Shown: piece after piece, positions 8,419 through 17,956 of the stretch
How the letters are laid out: each line of letters opens with the position of its first letter
Position numbering within the stretch: the stretch's first letter is position 1
Source of the DNA: a virus
Taxonomy: Duplodnaviria > Heunggongvirae > Uroviricota > Caudoviricetes
IMG/VR virus record: IMGVR_UViG_2579778952_000010
Length of the DNA: 24,510 nucleotides
Strand: one strand, 5' to 3'
Notes under the pieces: model-generated
Seen by the model: the letters and a program-made list of their open reading frames with translations, nothing else
The model's database searches: none
Told to the model about the DNA's origin: nothing
Translations under genes and position numbers: made by a program

Positions 8419-9785
8419 TGCACTGGCACCTTCAGAGGGATCACCGGCACAAAGCCGGGATGCGTAATGGCATTACGCCGGATAATGTCCTCGTCACGCG
8501 CCGCGTTATCAAACCAGGTCGCCGCCAGCACCAGCGCGGGTAAAACCTCATCCGGTGTGCGCTGAATGATCCGTGCAGACTGTTCAAGGCGCGTGTTGAT
8601 ATCCGCATTCAGATCTGCTTTCACCCGGCGCAGCGCCAGAAACAACGCATCACTGGTTGTACGGGACAACTCCTTATCAATTGCCGTATTCAGTGTGTCG
8701 CGAATGTCGGTCAGTTCTTCCCACGTTGGCAGGTCAACCGTGTTTTTCACCGCCGGTGCATTGTTCAGTGCCGGATGCGTGACGGAAGGCCAGCCAGTGC
8801 TCTGCGCAGGTGTTGTTGCCTGCCCCACTGTGGCATTCTGCATCACCGCGGAAGTTGTTGGCGCAGGCAATCGGGTGACGGCATACGCCGCTTCGCTGAT
8901 TGCGGTCGTACGAAGGGTGCTGGCAACCACGTTACGCTGCTGCGTCGCCGTGGCGGTGGTTTTACTGTCCGTTTTCCAGATGCCGCGCGGTTGCAGATCG
9001 CTGCCGAGGCTGACACCGGAAAGCGTTTTGATCATGGTGACAAGGTCGCTGGCGTTACCATAAAGGCGTTTCCCGGTACGCCACATTTTCTGCACCTGCT
9101 CAACGAAATTTTTGCCTGACGATGGTGGCGGCAGAAGTACCGAGATATCCCCCTGCAACAGCCTGGCAGCATCCGATACGGCAGAATCCACCACTTTCAT
9201 CGCATCAGAAACATACCCAAGCATTGTGCTGGCATTACCGACGACGTCGTTCTGCACAAAATCTGCCACGCCATCGACACTGAAACCACTGAAACTGTCA
9301 CTGATGCAGTCATCCAGTGCAGAACAGGATGACATCAGCGTCTGCGCCGTCGCCGCACCTGATGTGGGGTAAGAGAGTTCTCCCGCTTCGACAAACTTCA
9401 GGTCAAAGCGGACAATACGCCCTTCACTCTTCGATGTGCTGACCCGAACCTCCCCGTCAACACAGACTTTCAGCTCACCGTATGTCGGATGGACAAGCGT
9501 GCCGGGACCGGGTTTATTCAGCGCGTCAATCAGGCGATCGCGCTGGTCAAAGCAGTCATCTCCCACCACATAAGCCGTGATGGACGGGCGGAAAGTGACT
9601 TTTCCCAGATCTTCGGTATAGGGTTTGTCGCGGTTCGGGTATTCGTGCGTTTCCACACGGCGACCGGTTCCCGCACTTTCTTCTTCAACCTTAAACGGTA
9701 CGCCGCGAAATGACGCATCCTGAAGCCTGTCTTTCCACGTCATATAAACTCCGTACATAAAAAATCCCACCGGAGTGGGACTCAT
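8415..9785 (-). CDS. Mu N-like (DNA circularisation protein family) tail protein
   Basis: 456-aa ORF directly downstream of the tape measure gene, as in Mu-type tails. Confidence 0.6.
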   Translation of the reverse strand: MSPTPVGFFMYGVYMTWKDRLQDASFRGVPFKVEEESAGTGRRVETHEYPNRDKPYTEDLGKVTFRPSITAYVVGDDCFDQRDRLIDALNKPGPGTLVHPTYGELKVCVDGEVRVSTSKSEGRIVRFDLKFVEAGELSYPTSGAATAQTLMSSCSALDDCISDSFSGFSVDGVADFVQNDVVGNASTMLGYVSDAMKVVDSAVSDAARLLQGDISVLLPPPSSGKNFVEQVQKMWRTGKRLYGNASDLVTMIKTLSGVSLGSDLQPRGIWKTDSKTTATATQQRNVVASTLRTTAISEAAYAVTRLPAPTTSAVMQNATVGQATTPAQSTGWPSVTHPALNNAPAVKNTVDLPTWEELTDIRDTLNTAIDKELSRTTSDALFLALRRVKADLNADINTRLEQSARIIQRTPDEVLPALVLAATWFDNAARDEDIIRRNAITHPGFVPVIPLKVPVQ

Positions 9786-9803
9786 TAACAGATTAATTTT
9801 TCA

Positions 9804-11639
9804 TTACCTGCAAAAGCGCGTATAACCAACATCATGGCTGACATCAAAACCGCTGGATCGCGTTTCCATAACCCGCATACCCGGAGGCGAGTTCACAAAA
9901 GAGACCTTGATCTCACCATCAACTTTTGGCGCAGAAGCTTTGTTAATCATGAAGGGATTCGGGCCTGTGGCACCGGAGGCGTTGTTTGACTGAGCCGGAT
10001 CTACCGCCGGATAAGGTGTGTATCCCCGCGCCGGTATTCCCGTCCCATAAGCATCATAAGCACCCACGCCCCACTGCGCAGAGTTAATGGCATCGACCGT
10101 GTCACCGGAACTGTCGGTAAACCACTCAATAATGGGCTTCAGCTTGTCCCACATATCCTGAAACCACTTAACAACCGGTCCCCAGTTATTGATCACCATT
10201 CCCAGCGGCGACCAGGCAAAAACTTTCTTCAGAAGTTCCCAGCCAGCCTCAAAATAAGGACCAATGGTTTCCCAGAGCTTCTTGAAATAAGGTCCGACAA
10301 CATCCCAGTTGGTGATAATTAATCCCGCAGCCAGGGCTATCGCCGTCGCAATCATGCCAATCGGCGTCATCGACATGATCCTGCTGACGATACTGATGGC
10401 ACTGCCCACGCCCATCAATCCCAGTTTCAGAATCGCAAGACCGGCAGCAAGCCCGACGACGCCGCGAATAACCCGGGGATTTTGATCCGCAAACTTCGTG
10501 AATTTTTCCCCCAACTCCCCCAGCCATTGCGTGATATTTTTGGCGTCACCAGAAAATGCGCCGCCAATAGCCGCAAGGCCGTTAGTTGCGGTCCCTGTCA
10601 TTGCCTCCCACAGGTTGGACAGCGTACCAAGCTGTGCCTGAACACGTTTATTCAGGCTGGCCTGTTTATTCATCTTCTGCTGGATCTGATCGTAACCATC
10701 CTTTCCTTTATCGATCAGGGCATTGACCACCTGAAGGGTTTCGGCATCATCACCAAATATTGCCTTAAGTACACCTGTTCGCTTAACGTCGGTCAGTTTT
10801 CGCAGCTTTGCCAGTTGCCTGAACATGTTATCAAGACCGCCAAAACTCCCTTTGCCGTCAGTAAAATCGAGCTGCACTCCGAGTTTCTGGCGGGCCATGA
10901 TTTTATTGACGTCCCTGATTTTCTTAACGCTTAATCCGGACTGGATAACTTTTCGCAGGGCGTTACCTGCCGACTCCCCGTTCATCCCCATCTGATCCAT
11001 CATGACGCTGATGGGGGCAAGGCTCTGTGCAGCCTGAAGACCGTCCTTGTTCACCATCTTCAGAACAGAGCTGGTTTTAGTGAAGAAGGACAACATGTTG
11101 GTATCGTCAACGCCCAGATAAAACGCCTTCTGGATAGTGTCGAACAGCCCCATCATGTCTTCTGACGCCGTTCCGGTAGCATCCTGCATCTTTGCGGCAA
11201 ACTCGGCAGCCGCTTCCGGTGTTTTTTTCAGTTGTACCGCAAGATAAGCTGTCGCTTTACCCACACCGCCAAGAATGTTTTCTGCCGGGATCCCCTGACG
11301 CACCAGCATCTGCATCATGTTCTGGAAATCAGCCGTTGTACCGGGTAGCTGGTTACCCAGGCCAATAGCCAGTTTATTGATGTCCTGAAAGCGCTTTCCA
11401 ATCTCGCCGTTCGCATCCATCATGGCGACTTTCAGCCCGGTGGCGGCGTTTTCCTGATCGGCATAAGATTTCAGGGAAAGCGTCAGACCCGCTGCCAGTC
11501 CGCCACCAAGCGCCAGCCCACCCTGTGACGCTTCTTCCGCCTGGCGTTTAAATCCCCGGATTTTCTTTTGCATTTTCGACAGCGCGGGAGAAAGCCTGTC
11601 GACACCGGTGATCAACGCCTTAAGCTCAAATTCAGCCAT
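9804..11639 (-). CDS. Tail tape measure protein
   Basis: 611-aa ORF, Ala/Gly/Leu-rich with a hydrophobic segment and Trp-rich C-terminal part; lies directly downstream of the chaperone with its programmed frameshift. Confidence 0.8.
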   Translation of the reverse strand: MAEFELKALITGVDRLSPALSKMQKKIRGFKRQAEEASQGGLALGGGLAAGLTLSLKSYADQENAATGLKVAMMDANGEIGKRFQDINKLAIGLGNQLPGTTADFQNMMQMLVRQGIPAENILGGVGKATAYLAVQLKKTPEAAAEFAAKMQDATGTASEDMMGLFDTIQKAFYLGVDDTNMLSFFTKTSSVLKMVNKDGLQAAQSLAPISVMMDQMGMNGESAGNALRKVIQSGLSVKKIRDVNKIMARQKLGVQLDFTDGKGSFGGLDNMFRQLAKLRKLTDVKRTGVLKAIFGDDAETLQVVNALIDKGKDGYDQIQQKMNKQASLNKRVQAQLGTLSNLWEAMTGTATNGLAAIGGAFSGDAKNITQWLGELGEKFTKFADQNPRVIRGVVGLAAGLAILKLGLMGVGSAISIVSRIMSMTPIGMIATAIALAAGLIITNWDVVGPYFKKLWETIGPYFEAGWELLKKVFAWSPLGMVINNWGPVVKWFQDMWDKLKPIIEWFTDSSGDTVDAINSAQWGVGAYDAYGTGIPARGYTPYPAVDPAQSNNASGATGPNPFMINKASAPKVDGEIKVSFVNSPPGMRVMETRSSGFDVSHDVGYTRFCR

Positions 11640-11814
11640 GTGTGCGTTTCTCCTGCTCTATCCTGTTTGCCTGACTGACCAGCAAGGGAATTTCACTGAT
11701 CGACATATTCAGCAATTCGAAGGGATTAATGCGCCAGTAGCTGGCGCAGTCAAAGAAGCGATCAGTGAGGTATTCAGCCGTCAGGCCTGGAGGAAAAAAC
11801 CAGCCACAAGCCAC
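11632..11814 (-). CDS. -1 frame extension of the tail assembly chaperone (C-terminal part of the G-T type fusion product)
   Basis: ORF in the -1 frame overlapping the chaperone 3' end. It is entered at the slippery heptamer T_TTT_TTC and ends 8 nt inside the tape measure gene. Confidence 0.7.
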   Translation of the reverse strand: MACGWFFPPGLTAEYLTDRFFDCASYWRINPFELLNMSISEIPLLVSQANRIEQEKRTHG

Positions 11815-12050
11815 GCCGCTGCATTCAGGTCTGCCGGAGACATCTGGTCGACAGAGCTTTGCGGCACTTTCGCCAGCCGCACAATGTATTTCGACACCAC
11901 ATGCGCCAGAAGTCTGACGGACTCATCCTGATTCATCTGGTAGGGATACCCCAGCTCGCGGACATCCTTCCCGGTGGGCTCATCAAACTCCAGTACGGAG
12001 AGTGTCTCGCCATGAGCAGTAATCGGTTTCTTTAACTCAAGCTCTTTCAT
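11781..12050 (-). CDS. Tail assembly chaperone (Mu gp41-like)
   Basis: 89-aa ORF between the tube and tape measure genes; carries the frameshift site near its 3' end. Confidence 0.75.
   Translation of the reverse strand: MKELELKKPITAHGETLSVLEFDEPTGKDVRELGYPYQMNQDESVRLLAHVVSKYIVRLAKVPQSSVDQMSPADLNAAAWLVAGFFLQA
11793..11799 (-). promoter_or_regulatory. Programmed -1 ribosomal frameshift slippery site (T TTT TTC on the minus strand)
   Basis: Canonical X_XXY_YYZ heptamer with TTT and TTC as zero-frame codons, three codons before the chaperone stop. The -1 frame continues open for about 52 codons. Confidence 0.7.
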
Positions 12051-12406
12051 TACTGGTAATCCCCTTCTTCACCGTGGAACTCAAGATCAACCGTGCCTTC
12101 TTCGGCATTATGGTTCGCTTCGCCGTGCAGCCAGGCAGACGACAGTACATAGACCTGACCGTTCGCCAACTCGGCAGTGATGGTCATCTCATCAGACGAG
12201 GTGATTTTGCTCACCGGAAAATTCTTCGGCACCTTGAAGGTCCCTTTGACATAAGGCGCACGGTGAGTTTCCTTGCGGTCCACTGAACCGTCCAGGCCGA
12301 TGATGTCATCATTGACCGTCCTGTTCATGGGCACCTCAATGCCGCCGGTCAGCGATAGCTGCTGACCGTCAATTTTGAAATAACAGGTTCCCCCGATACG
12401 GGCCAT
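12050..12406 (-). CDS. Tail tube protein (Mu-type)
   Basis: 118-aa ORF immediately downstream of the sheath gene (overlapping stop/start); size and position as for Mu-like tube proteins. Confidence 0.75.
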   Translation of the reverse strand: MARIGGTCYFKIDGQQLSLTGGIEVPMNRTVNDDIIGLDGSVDRKETHRAPYVKGTFKVPKNFPVSKITSSDEMTITAELANGQVYVLSSAWLHGEANHNAEEGTVDLEFHGEEGDYQ

Positions 12407-13902
12407 TATGCAGACTCCTCTGAATACTGAAGACGGAACTGGTTAACCACGGCAAAGACACGCAACTGGTTAACATAGTCAGGCGGGAACAGCGTGTTCA
12501 GGCGGTTCGGATCGCTGGCATCACGCTCCACAACCAGGTACTGCTTAAACAGTTCGTAGTTTTCCACGATCCCCGCACGCTCGAGCTGACGGTAGGTTGC
12601 CAGCAGTTCCCCTTTGATCACCGCCGGGGTGACAATCGCCTGACCGGGACCAAAGCGGGTACCGTCACTGGCAAGCTTGTGACGCCCGTACTTACTGGTA
12701 ATGACGGATTTCAGTTTGCGCAGTACATACGCGCTGGTATGCAGCGTCTCGCTGTCGAGGTAGCTGTTATCCGCAACCCCGTAAGCGTTTTTCCTGTACG
12801 TGGTGACATCACGCTGAATGCGCAGCACCCCGCTTTCGACATACGCCGTTGCCACGCCATGAGACAGCAGGGTCTGCTGCTCGGTCATCGTGAACCGTTT
12901 CCCCTTCGGCGCAGGCAGCATACCCACCAGCTCACCGGTCTGCGTGGGACGTGCCGGATCGTTGCGGATAAACACTGCCGCGCGGGCGGTACGGCTGGCT
13001 GCCAGCTCGTCGGCAGGCGTCTGGGTTTCTTTTTCGTACCCCGCCAGGGTGATGTGCTGCTGGTTAAACTGGTCACCTGCGTTCACCAGTTCTGACAGTG
13101 TGCCGGTCTTTGCCGTATACACATGACCATACAGCTGACGCGCATAGCTCCAGCGACCGCTGGTATCGTTCATCTCGGTCACCAGCGTGTTAACGGAGGC
13201 CGTGTCGTTGAACGGCAGACCGATATAATCAAACGGCTCATCCGCCATTGCAGCCACCGCGCCGGTGAGAACCGGAGCGCCCGTTCCGGCGGTCCCCGTC
13301 GCCACGGCAATCTGTACGCCCGCTGGCAGCACTTCGCCCCCACCGAAGCCGTAGTAATTGAGGCTGACAGGAATTTCATTCCCGCAAAGCCCCTTATGAC
13401 GCGCGGTCAGCGTGACAACACCAGCCGAAGATGAAGCTGTAAACGGCAGAGTCGGAACGGCATTGATGGCATCCTGGATACTGCTGGCAATCATCGTGAC
13501 GTTATCGCCATTGGTCACCGGTGCCTGCACGCGGGTACGTCCCACATACACATTCACCGTGCCGGTTTCGGTTGCCGCCCCGGTCACCGTCAGCGTAACC
13601 GTTGCCGCCGCGCCCGTGGATTCAGGAACGGCAATCACATACAGCTCACCAAACGGGTCGGTCTGGCGATAAGCCTCGACCATACGCGCCAGCTGACTTC
13701 CCACACCACAAATCTGGCGTGCATAGTCTGCCGACGGCATCAGCACCAGACTGTTGGCAACAATCTCTGCACCGTTATTGGCATGACCAATCAGCAGCGA
13801 TGCTCCGCTGTCCTGTGCAGTATTCGCCGCCTGGTTATCCATTTCCGCATAAAACAACGGAACCAGCGTATTCGACGGAATGGTGTTAAAGCTTATCGTC
13901 AT
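12406..13902 (-). CDS. Contractile tail sheath protein
   Basis: 498-aa ORF; size, composition and position upstream of the tube gene fit a sheath protein. Confidence 0.85.
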   Translation of the reverse strand: MTISFNTIPSNTLVPLFYAEMDNQAANTAQDSGASLLIGHANNGAEIVANSLVLMPSADYARQICGVGSQLARMVEAYRQTDPFGELYVIAVPESTGAAATVTLTVTGAATETGTVNVYVGRTRVQAPVTNGDNVTMIASSIQDAINAVPTLPFTASSSAGVVTLTARHKGLCGNEIPVSLNYYGFGGGEVLPAGVQIAVATGTAGTGAPVLTGAVAAMADEPFDYIGLPFNDTASVNTLVTEMNDTSGRWSYARQLYGHVYTAKTGTLSELVNAGDQFNQQHITLAGYEKETQTPADELAASRTARAAVFIRNDPARPTQTGELVGMLPAPKGKRFTMTEQQTLLSHGVATAYVESGVLRIQRDVTTYRKNAYGVADNSYLDSETLHTSAYVLRKLKSVITSKYGRHKLASDGTRFGPGQAIVTPAVIKGELLATYRQLERAGIVENYELFKQYLVVERDASDPNRLNTLFPPDYVNQLRVFAVVNQFRLQYSEESA

Positions 13903-14056
13903 CGGTATTCACCTTTTTATTCACGCGCCGGATATCACCCGCTGCTTCACGGCGCAGCCAGTAGTTGTTCTCATCAACATTTCGCCCTTCGGCGGGCAAA
14001 AGGTCGCCGCGGGCAGGATCAGGAACTGACCGCCCTTTAACAGGTTTGACAAACAT
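13886..14056 (-). CDS. Small protein upstream of the sheath gene (DUF2635-like)
   Basis: 56-aa ORF MFVKPVKGRSVPDP... with SD GAGGA 5 nt upstream of the ATG, overlapping the sheath start by 17 nt. Not in the supplied ORF track (below its length cut-off). Confidence 0.45.
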   Translation of the reverse strand: MFVKPVKGRSVPDPARGDLLPAEGRNVDENNYWLRREAAGDIRRVNKKVNTDDDKL

Positions 14057-14064
14057 GAGGATCC

Positions 14065-14625
14065 TCAGGAAGGAAGGGTTATTTCGGTGTGATGTTCGAT
14101 ATCGCCGTCAGGTCCGTTACCGGGCTCGAGATAATCAACATCAATCGCCAGCGTTTGCAGTTCATCCAGACTGTTCAGGTCATCCTGCTGGCGGGTATCG
14201 TCTTCGGTCAGCTCACTGATGACCGAAAAATCGAACTGATAAATCAGCTCATGACGATTCAGATCCAGCAGCGTGCCGCCGTCATAGGTAATCGGGTTAC
14301 CGCACGCTTCCGGGTTCCAGCCCAGCAGGGCCTTAAAGAGCATCTGCCGGACATCGTCCACCACATCATACGAGGCAAACTGACCGCGCTCATCACGCCC
14401 GTTACTCAGTATGACAACCACGGAGAAGCCCTCTTTCAGCTCCTGCCAGTAGTCGGTCTGGCTTTTGTTTTCTCCCGGAGAGTCATCCCCCGGTACCACA
14501 TACGCCGCCGGGAGTCTCAGCTTTCCGACCTCCGGCAGATTTTTGAACTGGGCCGCGCCTGCCACCCGGTTTTCAAAATACGGGCAGCGGGCACGCAGCG
14601 CAGCAATAACAGGCGTCAGTTTCAT
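14065..14625 (-). CDS. Tail completion/terminator-type protein (Mu gp37-like, tentative)
   Basis: 186-aa acidic ORF between the head-tail joining genes and the sheath gene; assignment by position only. Confidence 0.4.
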   Translation of the reverse strand: MKLTPVIAALRARCPYFENRVAGAAQFKNLPEVGKLRLPAAYVVPGDDSPGENKSQTDYWQELKEGFSVVVILSNGRDERGQFASYDVVDDVRQMLFKALLGWNPEACGNPITYDGGTLLDLNRHELIYQFDFSVISELTEDDTRQQDDLNSLDELQTLAIDVDYLEPGNGPDGDIEHHTEITLPS

Positions 14626-15128
14626 CTGCGTCGTCGCTCCGGCTTCAGTGATTTACGTAATTCCCGCGCCAGAAAATAGCGTGTCCAGCTGCGGTTCTTT
14701 TCAAGCGTTTCCACCATAAAGTTATTACGTGGAGCCAGCCGCCAGCCGCTGCCACCAGATGCACCACGATGATGACTACGACGACGTTTTGCTCCTCCCC
14801 GGACACCAAAAAACAGAAACGCCGGATAGAAGTCACCAGAGATCATCCGGTTCCCCTTCCCGTTGCGCTGGTTAGGGGCAATGCGTGTCATAAAACCGGC
14901 TCGCTTTTTACTGGCTCTGGGTACCATGTAACCAATCGAACGAGCCAGGCGTCCGGTCTGATAACCGGGGTTTTCACCCGGTGCCGACCGCGCACGGCGC
15001 ATCACCAGCCGTCGGGCATCACGCATATGACGCTGACCAATCGTGACAAACGCCCGCCGGACACGGGCGCGGTTAAAGCGCATCTCCGCGGGCTGCTGAA
15101 CATCAACGTGCAAAAAGGAAGTCGCCAT
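14622..15128 (-). CDS. Virion morphogenesis / neck protein (tentative)
   Basis: 168-aa very basic (Arg-rich) ORF in the head-tail joining region. Confidence 0.4.
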   Translation of the reverse strand: MATSFLHVDVQQPAEMRFNRARVRRAFVTIGQRHMRDARRLVMRRARSAPGENPGYQTGRLARSIGYMVPRASKKRAGFMTRIAPNQRNGKGNRMISGDFYPAFLFFGVRGGAKRRRSHHRGASGGSGWRLAPRNNFMVETLEKNRSWTRYFLARELRKSLKPERRRR

Positions 15129-15513
15129 TGTTGCCTCCGTGACTCTGCGTAAATTCGCCCAGCTCCGTACACTCCAGCAGCAGAAAGCGCCGCGCTCCGT
15201 TCAGATCGCGCTGACGTTTCACCCGGTACACACTGTCACCGCAGACCACCTCATAATCAGCGGTGATCCCCCGGCGGTAACGAATGGTGATGTAATGGGT
15301 GATGGCGTCCCCGGTCTGCGCGGTTTCCTGCCAGGTGGTGGCACTGGTCTGGATAACCTTCGCCCATGTCCGGAACGTAACCGGGTATTGAGGCTCCACG
15401 CCAAAGTTATCCGCGGGCATATCCACCCGCTGGCGGATCAGGACGCGTTTATTCAGTTCACCGGGGTCCGGCAGAATGTAGGTTGCGCTGGTCTGCGCCT
15501 GGCGAATTTTCAT
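15103..15513 (-). CDS. Head closure / head-tail adaptor protein (tentative)
   Basis: 136-aa ORF in the second position after the major capsid gene, as in HK97-like head modules. Confidence 0.5.
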   Translation of the reverse strand: MKIRQAQTSATYILPDPGELNKRVLIRQRVDMPADNFGVEPQYPVTFRTWAKVIQTSATTWQETAQTGDAITHYITIRYRRGITADYEVVCGDSVYRVKRQRDLNGARRFLLLECTELGEFTQSHGGNNGDFLFAR

Positions 15514-15833
15514 TGCGGGAAATACCTGTACGGGCCGACAAGCCAGTTAAAGCTCATTGGCAACTCCATTTTCTCAACGTCTGTAACCGACGAGCGATTT
15601 TCGTAAAAATGGCTGATAAGCATCAGCATCCCCAGACGAATATCATCCGGCAGGTGCAGCCCGTCCGGATCGCTGTCCGGAATGGTTTCATCCGGAGCAT
15701 AGAGCTTCCGGTTCAGATACGTTTCCGTCCGCTTTTGCGCCGCACAGGCCAGCAGTTGCAGATGGCGGTTATCAGCATCGAAATCCTCATCCAGCCGGAG
15801 TTGGGCTTTAATCTCTTCCATTGTCAGAAGCAT
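15510..15833 (-). CDS. Head-tail connector protein (gp6-like, tentative)
   Basis: 107-aa acidic ORF in conserved position downstream of the capsid gene. Confidence 0.5.
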   Translation of the reverse strand: MLLTMEEIKAQLRLDEDFDADNRHLQLLACAAQKRTETYLNRKLYAPDETIPDSDPDGLHLPDDIRLGMLMLISHFYENRSSVTDVEKMELPMSFNWLVGPYRYFPQ

Positions 15834-15835
15834 AC

Positions 15836-16036
15836 TCAGCCCTCTTTACTGGCCGTGGCTTTTTTCTCTTTTGCCGCTTTACTGCTTTTTGCACTGGTTC
15901 CGCGCTCTGCTAACCCGGCCTGAAGTGCAATCTCCTGCACCCGGGCAGGAAGCGCCCCGTCGTCATACTCACCGGCCCGAATGACCTCAACACGCATACC
16001 GTCCGGTGACCATTTCAGATCTTGTTTCAGGATCAT
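15836..16036 (-). CDS. Hypothetical small protein with Lys/Ala-rich C-terminus
   Basis: 66-aa ORF directly after the capsid-gene stem-loop; ATG preceded by GGTGAAG. Confidence 0.4.
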   Translation of the reverse strand: MILKQDLKWSPDGMRVEVIRAGEYDDGALPARVQEIALQAGLAERGTSAKSSKAAKEKKATASKEG

Positions 16037-16056
16037 GATTCTTCACCCGTCAGAAC

Positions 16057-16079
16057 AGGGGGCGCGGTTCCGCGCCCCT
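16057..16079 (-). terminator. GC-rich stem-loop immediately 3' of the major capsid gene (possible partial terminator or mRNA stabiliser)
   Basis: Inverted repeat AGGGGGCGCGG / CCGCGCCCCT with a 2-3 nt loop, read from the sequence; no T-run follows on the coding strand. Confidence 0.4.
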
Positions 16080-16085
16080 GAATGA

Positions 16086-17291
16086 TTACGCCGCTGCAAT
16101 CTTCAGCAGTTTGATGGCCTGCGAATCGACCAGCATCCCGCCGGTGCGCTTGGTGGTATAAAAACCGACAAACGGTTTATTGGTGTACGGGTCACGCAGA
16201 ATGCGGGTGCCGATACGGTCAACGATGGTGTAACCCCGTTTGAAGTTACCAAATGCAATGGCTTTCGCATCAGCGGCGATATCCGGCATCTGTTCGTTTT
16301 CAGCGATACCGTAACCCGCCAGAGAGGACGGCTGCCCCAGCTCCAGCCCCGGACGCCACAGATAGTTACCCTCGCTGTCTTTCAGCAGACGGATGGCAAA
16401 CAGGCTGTTGTTGTTCATCATGAACTTCGCGCCGGTGCGGTGTGCCTTACGCAGCGTGTAAATCAGTTTGATAATGGCGTCTGCGGTCACCGTCGTCGCT
16501 TCACCGGATACAATATGTTGAAGTTTACCGAACGCACGAACCTTATCGGTTTCATCCGTGGATTCATACGCCAGGAACCCTTTTGGCTTCTTGGTGCCAT
16601 CGCCGGTGGTAAAGGCAATTTCTTCCTGTTCGGCAAATTCGGTTGCCAGCTCGCTGTTGATCCAGGCTTCCACGTTGAAAAAGGCATCATCCAGCATTTT
16701 CTGGGTAGCCTGCGGGTTACCGTAGATTTCCCCCATGAAAGGTTCAATCAGGCCCAGTTTTGAGGTGGCAGTCTGGGAGCGCGCGTCAGTCTCGCCAACC
16801 CATCCGGAAGCCGTGCCGCCCAGATTCACCAGTTTTTTGTAGTCGGAACCACCAACGGTGATCACCGTGGCTTCCTGGCGCATCACCACTTCATCTTTCA
16901 GCAGGGTGAGAATGTTGCGATCCAGTGCTTCCGGCACGGCATAGCCGCCGTCTTCATCGGTGCCCACCTGCAATGCCTTGCGCTCCAGATCGCGCAGACC
17001 GTCTTCACGGCCTTTACGCAGAAAGCCCACAAACGCCTCTTTGTGCTCGGTGGCCAGTTTATTTTGCGCACCACCTGCCGGACGTTTCAGCTCAAGCAGC
17101 TCTTTTTCAAGGTCGCTTTTGAGGTTTTCCAGCTCGCTGAGTTTTCCGTTCAGGGTTTCCACCTGCCCGGCAAGTTTGCCTTTTTCCTGCTCAATCGCCT
17201 CAACGCGCTTGTCGTTCTTTGCTTTGAAGTCGTCAAACTTCTGCTGCAGCTCCTGCGCGACCTGTTCGACATCTTTAATATCAACCGCCAT
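16086..17291 (-). CDS. Major capsid protein, HK97 fold, with N-terminal coiled-coil scaffolding (delta) domain
   Basis: 401-aa ORF; the N-terminal 70 aa are strongly coiled-coil-like (K/E/L heptads), followed by a typical HK97-type capsid body. Lies directly downstream of the prohead protease. Confidence 0.9.
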   Translation of the reverse strand: MAVDIKDVEQVAQELQQKFDDFKAKNDKRVEAIEQEKGKLAGQVETLNGKLSELENLKSDLEKELLELKRPAGGAQNKLATEHKEAFVGFLRKGREDGLRDLERKALQVGTDEDGGYAVPEALDRNILTLLKDEVVMRQEATVITVGGSDYKKLVNLGGTASGWVGETDARSQTATSKLGLIEPFMGEIYGNPQATQKMLDDAFFNVEAWINSELATEFAEQEEIAFTTGDGTKKPKGFLAYESTDETDKVRAFGKLQHIVSGEATTVTADAIIKLIYTLRKAHRTGAKFMMNNNSLFAIRLLKDSEGNYLWRPGLELGQPSSLAGYGIAENEQMPDIAADAKAIAFGNFKRGYTIVDRIGTRILRDPYTNKPFVGFYTTKRTGGMLVDSQAIKLLKIAAA

Positions 17292-17305
17292 CGTATTTCT
17301 CCTGA

Positions 17306-17956
17306 TTAGAAGTTCAGATTTTTCAGTGCATTCAGTGCAGAGCCCACATCCTCAGCGTCGCGCAGGGATAGTGCGCCATAGCCCCCGGCCATGAATGCTT
17401 TGGCCTGGGTACGGGAGAGTCCGACATCACGCAGGACTCTTTCGATTTTTTTCTGTTCGGGGATTTCCCCGCGGGCCAGTGCGTTCTTGACGTCGCTGAT
17501 CCGCGCCTCGTCGTTAGACGGGAACGTCACCAGGCTGACTTCCCAGAGGTCGATTTCTTTCAGCAGAAAGGCTTCTTTGCTCCGGTCGTATTCCCAGTCT
17601 TTCAGGACGTACCCAATAGAAAGGCCGGTTAACGAACCGGCCTTCATGTGTGCATGTGCGCGTTTTGCGAGGGGATCATCATCAATAAGCAACCGTCCCC
17701 TGACGTAAAGCCCGACATCGTCTTCCTTCATTTCGGTGTAAACACCGATGGGTTCATCCATGCGGTGCTGCCAGAGCAGCGCAGGTAACGCTTTTCTGTC
17801 ACTCCACGCCCGCAGGGAAGCAGCAAATGCCCCGGACATCACCACATCATCGTGGCTGTCCTTTACACCAAAGACGGAGCCATACCCTTCAAACTCACCG
17901 GAGTCACTGACAGATTTCAGACTCAGCGGTACATCAAGACGTTGTTTCGTCTGCAT
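17306..17956 (-). CDS. Prohead maturation protease (HK97 family)
   Basis: Contains the N-terminal motif GEFEGYGSVFGVKDSHDDVV..GAF typical of HK97-type prohead proteases. Start placed at the internal ATG (17956) preceded by AAGGA, rather than the upstream ATG (17992) that lacks an SD. Confidence 0.85.
   Translation of the reverse strand: MQTKQRLDVPLSLKSVSDSGEFEGYGSVFGVKDSHDDVVMSGAFAASLRAWSDRKALPALLWQHRMDEPIGVYTEMKEDDVGLYVRGRLLIDDDPLAKRAHAHMKAGSLTGLSIGYVLKDWEYDRSKEAFLLKEIDLWEVSLVTFPSNDEARISDVKNALARGEIPEQKKIERVLRDVGLSRTQAKAFMAGGYGALSLRDAEDVGSALNALKNLNF

Noticed and set aside
10482-10934. 150-aa plus-strand ORF and other plus-strand ORFs inside the tape measure region
   Set aside because: Antisense to the tape measure gene; every well-supported gene in the prophage is on the minus strand with coupled starts and stops.
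14089-14679. 196-aa plus-strand ORF
   Set aside because: Antisense to the gp37-like gene within a tightly packed minus-strand operon; no independent start signals.
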